Shown: piece after piece, positions 20,419 to 29,232 of the stretch
Layout of the letters: the number at the start of each line of letters is the position of its first letter
How positions within the stretch are numbered: position 1 is the stretch's first letter
Assembly (NCBI GenBank): GCA_964621435.1
Contig: CAZUMV010000002.1
Location: 1-50,811 of the forward strand
Reading direction: 5' to 3'
Length of the DNA stretch: 50,811 nucleotides
Source: an uncultured Thiotrichales bacterium
Lineage (GTDB): Bacteria; Pseudomonadota; Gammaproteobacteria; CAZUMV01
Notes under the pieces: generated by a model
What the model was told of the DNA's origin: nothing
What the model saw: only the letters and a program-made list of their open reading frames with translations
Database searches by the model: none
Position numbers and translations under genes: made by a program

Positions 20419-20873
20419 TTTGGAGTCTGCTTAACTAGGTTATCGAAATATTCAAATATATCTTGCTGCGACATATTAGCAGCGTTTTTTAAATCCTCAG
20501 CCCGGGATGAAAACCGAATGTCGCCACCGGCATCGACCACTACTATCGAAGGAATTCCGGCCATTACCGGCGCATTGAATTTTTCCGCTAAATCCAGATT
20601 GCGGTTACGTTCTCCAACATCAATAAACACGATGTCATAATTGCTTGCCAACAAGCTTTGCAGTGGTTCTTTTGTATACGCCGAGGCCAGGGCACGTGAA
20701 TCAGAACACCAATTCGCTCCGAACGTTAACAGGGCGCGCTTGTCGGTATCCAGAGTTTGGATGGTGCTGCGGATATCAGCACTCGCATCCCGTTCTGCTG
20801 TAAATGGGGTCGGCCCGGTCGCGCAAGCACCTAACAGACCAAGCAAGCCAAACCAAGGTAATATTTTTTTCAT
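20415..20873 (-). CDS. Thioredoxin-fold lipoprotein (CxxS variant)
   Basis: I prefer the ATG at 20873 (MKKILPWFGLLGLLGACATG, lipobox) over the track start at 20951. FGANWCSDS is a thioredoxin-like motif with the second Cys replaced. The stop overlaps the M28 start by 4 nt. Confidence 0.7.
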   Translation of the reverse strand: MKKILPWFGLLGLLGACATGPTPFTAERDASADIRSTIQTLDTDKRALLTFGANWCSDSRALASAYTKEPLQSLLASNYDIVFIDVGERNRNLDLAEKFNAPVMAGIPSIVVVDAGGDIRFSSRAEDLKNAANMSQQDIFEYFDNLVKQTPK

Positions 20874-21092
20874 TGCACGTATCTCGCTAAAAGTATGGCG
20901 AAATATTATGACAACCATGCGTACAAAGCCACTGTTGCCCTTAAAACCCAATAAATAACAGCGTTTTGGTGGCTTTTCTTCACATTTAACAACTTTAGGC
21001 TTATGATTGACACCATCAATAATGTCGTTGAGCTAAGGCTCTTCAGCCTTATCGCTATTCCAATTTACAATTAATAATACGGGGGTATTACA

Positions 21093-23459
21093 ATGTCACG
21101 ATTTAGCATTACTAAAACACTCATACTAGGCTTGGTTTTAACAGTTGCCTATAGCGGCGCTGCTTTTGCTGCACTCGAGGAGATCGTAGTTACAGCACAA
21201 AAAAGAGAACAGAGCTTGCAAGATGTTCCAATTTCAATATCTGTGGTGAGCGGTGAAGTTATCCGGGAAGCCGGTATCGATAATATCGAAGACCTGCAAG
21301 CCTATGTACCTAACCTGCAAATGAGTGAAACAGGTATTAGTACGCAATTGTATGTGCGCGGCATCGGTACTGGTAACAACCAGGGTTTCGAACAATCGGT
21401 TGGCCAATATATTGATGGTATTTATTATGGGCGACAACAATTAATCCGGGCACCATTTTTTGATATGGACCGCATCGAGGTTCTGCGTGGCCCACAGGGT
21501 ACGTTGTTCGGCAAAAACACGATTGCCGGTGCATTGAACATGACCACGGCCAAGCCAACCGAAGAATGCGAAGGTTATGTCAGCATTGAAGGTGGCGAGT
21601 TTGGTATTCTCGATGGACGCTTCGCCTACTCCGGCGCACTTAACAATGACGGTAGTCTAAGAGGTCGAATCGCTGGCCGGTATTTCGAAACTGATGGTTA
21701 TATTGAAAACGACTTTAGAGATCGTGACGAAACTCAACGTGAAGAAAGCGCCTTACGGCTTTCGCTTGAACATGACGTTACCGACCAATTCTCGTATGGT
21801 GCAAAGATCGAAGTCAACCATTTTGACTCCGTTGGACGCGCCATCGAAGTTATTCAGGACGACCCTGCTATTGCACCATTTCCGTTGGCTGGATTCACTT
21901 TTGATGAAATTTTTGCGCTGGTCCTATCGGATCAGGACGCCATTGGTGATGTTGCGCTTGACGGTATACGTTCTGCCAACGCCAGAGAAGACAGTCAAAA
22001 TGAATTGATTAATGCCACCTTTGAGGGTCGTTATGACCTGGCCAGCGGCAATACATTGGAATTCACCACTGGTTATGTAGAATATGAAATTGAAGAGCGC
22101 TGTGATTGTGATTTTATTGCCGGTGACATTTTTAGCACGCTCGGGCTTGAAGAATACGATCAGTTTAGTCAAGAAATTCGTTTGGTATCGCCAGGCGGTG
22201 AAAATTTTGATTGGTTGGCTGGCGTGTTCTACCAAACCAGTACGTTGGACTACGCAGATAGTATTGTTATACCAGCAACCTCGATCTTGCCTGCAGTCAA
22301 CCCCGCTTTAGCGGCTATCGGAAATACCAGCGCCTCACGTACCTATGATGCAAACAGCGATCTATTCGCGATATTCGCACAAGGCACCTGGAGCTTTACA
22401 GATTCTTTGAGAGTGACTGTCGGAGCACGGTATTCCAATGAAGATAAAGACGCTGCGCGGATTATTAACGTGATAGATAATGCAACCGGTCAAATCCCGG
22501 CAAACCCAACGGCTGCTGCTACCGCCGCCGCTGTTTACAACGCTGCATTCAACGTGCAAACCGAACAATTGTTATTGCTTGGCGCACCGACTGGGCATAA
22601 CTTGAATGGCGACTTAAGCGAGGATTCATTCACACCGTCGATTAGTTTTGAATGGGATGTGGGCGACAACACCTTGTTATATGGCTCGGTTAGCACCGGT
22701 TTTAAATCCGGTGGTTTCGACGCCAGAGCTAACAATATCGGCTCTTTTGAATTTGCTGAAGAAGAAGCCACAGCGTTTGAGGTTGGTTTTAAATCAACCC
22801 TGCTGAACGGTAATCTGGAATTCAACGGCGCAGCCTACTTTACGGATTATGATGATCTGCAAATTGCCCAGTTTGACGGCACCCTTGGTTTCAATGTTGG
22901 TAATGCAGCCAGCACTGAAGTAAGCGGTGTAGAGTTTGATGGACGCTGGTTAATCTCCGATGCGTTCACACTGAACTATGCACTCGGTTACCTGGATCAT
23001 AGCTATGAAGATTACCAAAATGGTAACTGCTATAACCGTCAGGTACCAGACGGCGTAATAGGCGCGCAAGGTAACCAACTTTGCGACTACACTGGTCAAG
23101 ATGCACAGTACACGCCTGAGATCACCGGAAGTTTGGCGCTCAACTATGAGCAAGAGCTCGGTTTTAACGGCTTACGTTTCAAAGCGCTCGCAGCGTATAA
23201 CTACACTGATGAACAAAACGTACACGTAGACATCGACCCGCTGTTTAAAATAGATTCGGTTGGGTTGGTTGATATTAGCGTTGCTCTTGAAACTGATAAA
23301 TGGTCACTGGCAGTACTTGGACAAAACGTCACTGACGAAGACTATGTAACCTATGTAGGTAACACGCCTTTGTCTGGTAGTAGTTTTGGTACTAACACCT
23401 TTTATGGGTTTGTAGCACCACCACAGACTGTTACATTCCGCGGTGAGTATCGCTTCTAA
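21093..23459 (+). CDS. TonB-dependent outer-membrane receptor
   Basis: 788 aa. Signal peptide, plug region EEIVVTAQKREQSLQDVPISISVV, and a C-terminal beta-barrel ending in ...YRF. Confidence 0.9.
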   Translation: MSRFSITKTLILGLVLTVAYSGAAFAALEEIVVTAQKREQSLQDVPISISVVSGEVIREAGIDNIEDLQAYVPNLQMSETGISTQLYVRGIGTGNNQGFEQSVGQYIDGIYYGRQQLIRAPFFDMDRIEVLRGPQGTLFGKNTIAGALNMTTAKPTEECEGYVSIEGGEFGILDGRFAYSGALNNDGSLRGRIAGRYFETDGYIENDFRDRDETQREESALRLSLEHDVTDQFSYGAKIEVNHFDSVGRAIEVIQDDPAIAPFPLAGFTFDEIFALVLSDQDAIGDVALDGIRSANAREDSQNELINATFEGRYDLASGNTLEFTTGYVEYEIEERCDCDFIAGDIFSTLGLEEYDQFSQEIRLVSPGGENFDWLAGVFYQTSTLDYADSIVIPATSILPAVNPALAAIGNTSASRTYDANSDLFAIFAQGTWSFTDSLRVTVGARYSNEDKDAARIINVIDNATGQIPANPTAAATAAAVYNAAFNVQTEQLLLLGAPTGHNLNGDLSEDSFTPSISFEWDVGDNTLLYGSVSTGFKSGGFDARANNIGSFEFAEEEATAFEVGFKSTLLNGNLEFNGAAYFTDYDDLQIAQFDGTLGFNVGNAASTEVSGVEFDGRWLISDAFTLNYALGYLDHSYEDYQNGNCYNRQVPDGVIGAQGNQLCDYTGQDAQYTPEITGSLALNYEQELGFNGLRFKALAAYNYTDEQNVHVDIDPLFKIDSVGLVDISVALETDKWSLAVLGQNVTDEDYVTYVGNTPLSGSSFGTNTFYGFVAPPQTVTFRGEYRF

Positions 23460-23476
23460 ACATTAAACTTAGAGCA

Positions 23477-23508
23477 ACAAAAAAGCCCGGGTTATCCGGG
23501 CTTTTTTG
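23477..23508. terminator. Bidirectional rho-independent terminator between the convergent TonB-receptor and SDR genes
   Basis: A-run, stem AGCCCGG (23484-23490), loop GTTAT, stem CCGGGCT (23496-23502), then TTTTTT. Confidence 0.85.
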
Positions 23509-23525
23509 TGTCCGTAATCAAGTCG

Positions 23526-24185
23526 TTAAACACTGGCGACAAAAACACCTTCTCGTTCGAATTCGCTCTCTACCAGTTGCGCAACAATAAACTGCGCCAA
23601 TTCTGCAGTCCGGACCTTGCCGCCTGGCACCGTAATTTTATTTGCCAGTAATGTCTCGAGGCGCTTACCTTGTTTGATTTTTGGACACCTTACAATAGTC
23701 CAGTTTAATTGGCTCGCAGACAATAAACGATACTCACGCTTTTTATCTTTTAACAGCTTTCCATATAGTAATGGCGTAATAAATTTACTGTACAAGCCAT
23801 ACGCACCGCTGCGTTTGTCAGCTGGCATCACTAAACCCGCTGACGACACTAAAATATAGCGGGTAATATTCGCTGCACTCATTTTTTCAATAAGATGTCC
23901 GGTGGCAGTTGAACAAATCTGCGGATCAACGTCTTTATCACCCTGCGCAGCGGGACCAACTGCACTGAGTACCGCCGAGCATCCCTGCAATAGTTTTTCT
24001 ATATCCTCGCCACGCGCCGCATCACCGGTTATTACTTCCAGACGACGATGAGTTAATTGCAATTCAGAGGATTCACGCACTAAAGCTCGTACGGTATAAC
24101 CCTGATGTAAGGCTTCGTTGATTATAGGGCCGCCGGCTAATCCAGTGCCTCCTAGAATCGCTACTTTTCCGAGTTTATCTGTCAT
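23526..24185 (-). CDS. NAD(P)H-binding atypical SDR (flavin-reductase/BVR-B-like) protein
   Basis: 219 aa with an N-terminal VAILGGTGLAGG Rossmann motif. Confidence 0.8.
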   Translation of the reverse strand: MTDKLGKVAILGGTGLAGGPIINEALHQGYTVRALVRESSELQLTHRRLEVITGDAARGEDIEKLLQGCSAVLSAVGPAAQGDKDVDPQICSTATGHLIEKMSAANITRYILVSSAGLVMPADKRSGAYGLYSKFITPLLYGKLLKDKKREYRLLSASQLNWTIVRCPKIKQGKRLETLLANKITVPGGKVRTAELAQFIVAQLVESEFEREGVFVASV

Positions 24186-24268
24186 TGTACTTTTCCATAA
24201 TAGTCATTTGTATGAGCGTGCGTATTGAATTTGGGTTTATAGAGTATCTGTGGTTGGATAGCCAGTAA

Positions 24269-25102
24269 TCATGTCACTTTTTCGAGTTGTTGCCAGACAT
24301 CTTCTAATGCTTCACTACAACCCTGCTCTATCTTTAGCGTGGCCAGCTCGTCTCCCCTGGTTTTTCCTCTGGTGAGGATACCAATTGGTTTATTCAGCTC
24401 GGCCGCCCGTTTAACAAACCTGTAGCCGGAAAAAACCGTCAAAGAAGATCCAACCACGAGCAGTGCTCCCGCCTGCTCTAATTGTCGTTGACAAAATTCA
24501 ACGGTCGGTTTTGGCACAGACTCGCCAAAAAAAACAACTTCTGGCTTTACGATACCGCCACATCGACAATCCGGAACATCAAAATCATTGTAGTTGGCGT
24601 TGTCAATAATAACGTCACCATCAGGCCGGTCGCGGGCAACGATAACCTTGGTTTGCCATTCCGGATTTTTTTCGCTCAACAACGCCTGCCAATCCCGCCT
24701 TGAACCGGATACTCGACAAGATAGGCATATCACCGTATCAATGCGACCATGCAAATCAACAACGCTCATAGACCCGGCACGTTGATGCATCCCATCAACA
24801 TTCTGTGTCACGAGACATTGTAGGTAACCGGCGCTTTCCAGTTTTTGTATCGCAAAATGTCCGCCATTGGGTTTATTTTGCTGCATGCGCGGCCAGCCAA
24901 GCATACTACGGGCCCAATATCGTTGACGAGTTGCATACTCGTTAATGAAATCTTGATAGAGCACAGGTTTGGCATGCAGCCAATTTCCATCGGCGTCACG
25001 ATAGGCAGGGATACCGGAGTCGGTACTAATACCAGCTCCGGTCAGTATAAAAAGATTTTGGTTGTCGCTTACAAAATCAGAAAGTTGGCTTTTAGCGCGC
25101 AA
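24269..25102 (-). CDS. NAD-dependent protein deacetylase, Sir2 family (class II / SIRT4-like)
   Basis: 277 aa. GAGISTDSGIPAYRD, QNVDGMH, HG, and a zinc ribbon CLSC...CRCGG are present. Confidence 0.85.
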   Translation of the reverse strand: MRAKSQLSDFVSDNQNLFILTGAGISTDSGIPAYRDADGNWLHAKPVLYQDFINEYATRQRYWARSMLGWPRMQQNKPNGGHFAIQKLESAGYLQCLVTQNVDGMHQRAGSMSVVDLHGRIDTVICLSCRVSGSRRDWQALLSEKNPEWQTKVIVARDRPDGDVIIDNANYNDFDVPDCRCGGIVKPEVVFFGESVPKPTVEFCQRQLEQAGALLVVGSSLTVFSGYRFVKRAAELNKPIGILTRGKTRGDELATLKIEQGCSEALEDVWQQLEKVT

Positions 25103-25475
25103 TGATTTCGCACACGCCCCGACGACAACTGGTATTCGGCTTAACTTCGATAGCGCAGTCGCTGGTTAAACCTGCCAAGGAAATATATTCCCGTTCTAGC
25201 CGCACACGTCGATTGGCATGACCTTGCAAAATACTCAAGTTGGATTGCACTTTGGAATAGGCTACAAATTTGTCCGGACCACCACAAGCCTTATAACCGG
25301 TAGCAATAGCGTCGCAATCGGAGAGCGTATCGCAACGAGGATATCCAACTGCAGCTTTTATCTGGGTGTCCAGACGATCCAAGTCCGCCTCTATACTCTC
25401 TAATGTTCTAGGACCAACCGACACCGAAGCGCAAGCGCCTAGAGTTATCAATAAAAAAGCAATCAATACACGCAT
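25092..25475 (-). CDS. Cysteine-rich hypothetical lipoprotein
   Basis: 127 aa. Lipobox ITLGAC and 8 further Cys. The 3' end overlaps the sirtuin start by 11 nt. No family recognised. Confidence 0.55.
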   Translation of the reverse strand: MRVLIAFLLITLGACASVSVGPRTLESIEADLDRLDTQIKAAVGYPRCDTLSDCDAIATGYKACGGPDKFVAYSKVQSNLSILQGHANRRVRLEREYISLAGLTSDCAIEVKPNTSCRRGVCEIIAR

Positions 25476-25738
25476 CTTTAAACCCCGGTGAGGAAAGTTG
25501 AATTTTATCGCAAGATATTGCTTACCATTGATAATTTCAATCTATTTCACCAAAAATTCGGCTCACTATATGTATCGCCGCAATCTCGGGTTACAATCAT
25601 AGCCAGATTTTTTCGTTCTGCTTTCTGTTCGCTTAGGTTTGTAACAAAAAGGTGAAAGCAAAAGCGTGAACCAAACTTTGCTACCGCGGTCTGCTACATA
25701 ATAAACTCTCTTTAATAAAAAATACCCAAGGACAATCG

Positions 25739-28540
25739 ATGAACTTTAATCACGTAACATTCACCTGTATTCTCCTTTTAAGTTTAAGTGCGTGCCAGTC
25801 ATCCGGCGTCAACCCGGTATCACTTGACAACAATCTAAGTTACCTCAATCAACCAGCGGCCGGCATGCCTGAAATCGACATCCCGTTCGAAAAGTTTACT
25901 TTGGATAATGGCTTGCGAGTTATCGTTCACGAAGATCGTAAAGCGCCGATTGTGGCAGTCAGCGTCTGGTATCACGTTGGCTCCAAAGACGAACCTGTCG
26001 GTAAAACCGGTTTTGCGCATTTGTTTGAACATCTCATGTTCAACGGTTCCGAAAATTACGATGATGAGTATTTTGGTCCGTTTGAAAAAGTTGGTGCTAC
26101 CGAAATGAACGGTACAACCTGGTTTGACCGCACCAACTATTTCCAGAATGTACCAACGCCCGCTGTAGATATGGCCTTGTGGATGGAGTCTGATCGCATG
26201 GGACATATTCTAGGCGCTATCACACAAGAAAAACTCGATGAACAACGCGGCGTGGTGCAAAACGAAAAGCGTCAGGGCGATGACCGACCGTATGGCAAGG
26301 TGGAATATCGGTCTTTGGAAGGTTTGTTTCCTGCCGGTCACCCGTACCGCCACAGCACGATCGGCTCGATGGCGGATCTGGACGCGGCATCACTGGAGGA
26401 TGTGAAACAGTGGTTTGAAGATTATTACGGTGCGGCCAATACGGTACTGGTGTTAGCTGGTGATATCGACGCCGCTACCGCACGCCCGTTGGCGGAAAAA
26501 TACTTTGGCGATATTCCGGCCGGACCGCCGGTTAATCAACTCAAATCCTGGGTACCGGTTAAACAAGAAAACGTTATTGAGGTAATGCCGGACCGTGTGC
26601 CGCAAGCCAGAATTTTTCGCCAATGGGTGCTGCCCAGCCGCATCACGCAAGACACCCAATTATTACAATTAGCGGCGCAAGTACTCGGCGGCGGCAAGAA
26701 TTCAAGATTATACAAAACTCTGGTTTACGACCAGCAGCTTGCTACCAGCACTTATGCCTATGTTGAACAACACGAACTCAGCAGTATTTTTGAAGTCAAC
26801 GTAACACTAAAACAGGGTGCCGATGAAAACATTGTGGCGGCCGAAATTGATAAAATAATGGCTGAATTTTTGGCCGACGGCCCCAGCAACGACGAACTAA
26901 GCAGGGTCATCAATAGTATCAACGCGTCAGCCATTCGCGGTTATGAAAAAATTGGCGGCTTTGGCGGTAAAGCAACTGCGCTGGCGCGCGGTGAATTATA
27001 TGCCGGTGACCCCGGATTTTATAAGACCAGTTTGAATTGGTTAAACAACGCACGTGCCGAAACAGTTACAGATATAAGCAATACATGGCTTGGTAAGGGT
27101 TATTATCAAATGACTGTCGTGCCGTTCGCTGAACATACCACCAGCGAAACAGGCGTCGATCGAAGTAAAGGCTTACCCTTCGTAGGCGCGATGCCAGACC
27201 TTAGTTTTCCCGAAGTACAACGCGGCCAACTAGCCAATGGTATGAAAGTAGTGCTGGCGGAAAGACGTTCCCTGCCATTGGTTAATGTAGCCATGCAGTT
27301 TGATGCGGGGTACGCGGCGGATGCCGGGGGTGTGCTTGGCGCATCCAGTTTTGCTTTAGATATGTTGACTGAAGGCACGACGAGTCGCAGCGCTTTGGAA
27401 ATATCTGCGGAAGCAGAAAACTTGGGTGCTATTGTTTATGCAAATTCAAGTCTGGATGTTTCTAACATTGGTGTATCGGCCCTAAAAAATAATCTCGATG
27501 CGTCAATTGATTTAATGGCTGATGTAGCGCGCAATCCGGCTTTTTCCCAAACCGAGATTGATCGACTACGCAAACAATGGTTGGCTGGTATTGATCAAGA
27601 GCAAAACCAACCGGTACAAATTGCGCTACGTAACTTGCCGCCATTAATGTATGGGGATGGACATTCTTATGGCATTCCATTCACCGGCAGCGGTACCAAA
27701 GCCTCGATAAACTCGCTAACCCGCAATGACCTTATAAGTTTTCACAATAATTGGTTGCGCCCTGACAACGGCACGATCTATGTTGTCGGCGATACCAGTA
27801 TGCAAGAGATTGTACCGCTACTTAACAAACATTTTGCGGATTGGGCGGTGCCTGCTGCAACTGTACCAACGAAAAATATCGCGACGGTTTCGACGCCAAC
27901 GCAATCCATTGCCTATCTGATTGATAAGCCAGGAGCCGCGCAAACTGTATTGCTGGCCGGGCACGTCATTCCGCCTACCGGCGCGCCAGATAACCTGATC
28001 ACCGAAACTATGAACGACATTTTGGGCGGTTCGTTTACTGCCCGCGTTAATATGAATCTACGCGAGGACAAAGGCTGGAGTTACGGCGCCAGAACAATCA
28101 CCTGGGATGCACGCGGGCAACGACCGTGGATTGTATACGCCCCGGTACAGACTGATAAGACTAAAGAGTCGATACAAGAGTTACAACGTGAAATGCGCGA
28201 GTATCTCAATCAGGCACCAGCGACTGCCTCTGAATTAGAGCGGGTGATCAATAACAAAACCAATAGTTTGCCGGGCCGCTATGAAACATCGGGCGCAGTA
28301 TTGGGCACTTTAAGATCCAATGAAAACTACGGTCGGCCCGACGACTATGTCGAAACCCTGAAGCAGAAATATCAGAACGTTGAACTATCTGCGGTACGCA
28401 GTTCCGCCAAACAAGTGCTTAAGCCTGATGCCTTGAGCTGGGTAATTGTTGGTGATCGCAAAGAGATAGAGGCTGACATCCGCGCACTAGGATTCGATGC
28501 GGTTAAGATCATGGACGTAGATGGTAATTTAATCGAGTAG
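25739..28540 (+). CDS. M16-family (insulinase / PqqL-like) zinc protease, tandem M16 units
   Basis: 933 aa. Lipoprotein-type signal (LLLSLSAC), inverted zinc motif HLFEHLMF, and a downstream E (QNEKRQ). Confidence 0.9.
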   Translation: MNFNHVTFTCILLLSLSACQSSGVNPVSLDNNLSYLNQPAAGMPEIDIPFEKFTLDNGLRVIVHEDRKAPIVAVSVWYHVGSKDEPVGKTGFAHLFEHLMFNGSENYDDEYFGPFEKVGATEMNGTTWFDRTNYFQNVPTPAVDMALWMESDRMGHILGAITQEKLDEQRGVVQNEKRQGDDRPYGKVEYRSLEGLFPAGHPYRHSTIGSMADLDAASLEDVKQWFEDYYGAANTVLVLAGDIDAATARPLAEKYFGDIPAGPPVNQLKSWVPVKQENVIEVMPDRVPQARIFRQWVLPSRITQDTQLLQLAAQVLGGGKNSRLYKTLVYDQQLATSTYAYVEQHELSSIFEVNVTLKQGADENIVAAEIDKIMAEFLADGPSNDELSRVINSINASAIRGYEKIGGFGGKATALARGELYAGDPGFYKTSLNWLNNARAETVTDISNTWLGKGYYQMTVVPFAEHTTSETGVDRSKGLPFVGAMPDLSFPEVQRGQLANGMKVVLAERRSLPLVNVAMQFDAGYAADAGGVLGASSFALDMLTEGTTSRSALEISAEAENLGAIVYANSSLDVSNIGVSALKNNLDASIDLMADVARNPAFSQTEIDRLRKQWLAGIDQEQNQPVQIALRNLPPLMYGDGHSYGIPFTGSGTKASINSLTRNDLISFHNNWLRPDNGTIYVVGDTSMQEIVPLLNKHFADWAVPAATVPTKNIATVSTPTQSIAYLIDKPGAAQTVLLAGHVIPPTGAPDNLITETMNDILGGSFTARVNMNLREDKGWSYGARTITWDARGQRPWIVYAPVQTDKTKESIQELQREMREYLNQAPATASELERVINNKTNSLPGRYETSGAVLGTLRSNENYGRPDDYVETLKQKYQNVELSAVRSSAKQVLKPDALSWVIVGDRKEIEADIRALGFDAVKIMDVDGNLIE

Positions 28541-28548
28541 TGTTAATG

Positions 28549-28584
28549 GCGCTCGTTATTAATCGATAGCGAGCGCATCTTTTT
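28549..28584 (+). terminator. Probable rho-independent terminator of the M16 protease gene
   Basis: Stem GCGCTCG (28549-28555) / CGAGCGC (28570-28576), a 14-nt loop, followed by ATCTTTTT. Confidence 0.5.
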
Positions 28585-29047
28585 AGATCCAACGCCGTAC
28601 TTTTGTACAGTAATCCTGGTAAGCATCGCCAAATAACTTAAGCATAGCTTGCTCTTCTGGCTCGATCTGAAAGGTAGAGATAAACAAATAGAACAAAAAT
28701 ATTGCGACGAGATTTAGCAAGCTCCCCAAATACAGGAACCAGGCAAACAAGACCAGTAACATGCCTAAGTACATCGGGTTTCTGCTAAACCGGAACATAC
28801 CGGTGGTCACCAAACGACTGGCCTTTTCCGGTGATACTGGATTGACTGTAGTTCTAGCCTTAAGAAAACTGACGATCGCAGTAACATCGATCAGCACGCC
28901 AAGCGCCAACAGCGTTATAGAAATTGTTTGTTGCGCGGGAAAAACAAATTTCCACGAGCTGGTGAAGTTAGCGATCAGCCACATGATCGACACCCAAATG
29001 AGCAAAACAATCGGTGGCGGTATTTTTGTTTTCATGGGCGCTACCAT
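28583..29047 (-). CDS. Isoprenylcysteine carboxyl / phospholipid methyltransferase (ICMT/PEMT) family membrane protein
   Basis: 154 aa with 4 TM helices. The RFSRNPMYLG motif is present. Confidence 0.7.
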   Translation of the reverse strand: MVAPMKTKIPPPIVLLIWVSIMWLIANFTSSWKFVFPAQQTISITLLALGVLIDVTAIVSFLKARTTVNPVSPEKASRLVTTGMFRFSRNPMYLGMLLVLFAWFLYLGSLLNLVAIFLFYLFISTFQIEPEEQAMLKLFGDAYQDYCTKVRRWI

Positions 29048-29232
29048 CTTGCGAGTGAGCGGAGTGCTTACTTTACCGTATACGGAAAAAATCTGAAATG
29101 AGCCCGGAACAATTACATCTAGCGTTAAATATTCGAATTACTAAAGCGGTGTTTATTTCGCTGGTTCTTAAAAAGCAGCACCCAACTTACCTGCACCCCG
29201 CCAGACCGGAGCGTTCACATTCGCAAGATGAA

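Noticed and set aside
21034-21051. Hairpin TAAGGCT-CTTC-AGCCTTA in the leader of the TonB-dependent receptor as a possible riboswitch (e.g. cobalamin).
   Set aside because: The leader is only about 140 nt. I see none of the conserved riboswitch cores (no B12 box or TPP-like motifs). A single 7-bp hairpin is insufficient evidence.
24269-25102. Sir2-domain proteins (also 31375-32100) as possible anti-phage SIR2 effectors (Thoeris/DSR/SIR2-HerA type).
   Set aside because: Both are short, stand-alone canonical sirtuins. They have intact NAD-binding motifs (GAGIS.(E/D)SGI, QN(I/V)D) and zinc-ribbon cysteines. They lack fused sensor domains and partner genes (no HerA, TIR, pAgo or SLOG). They look like housekeeping deacylases.
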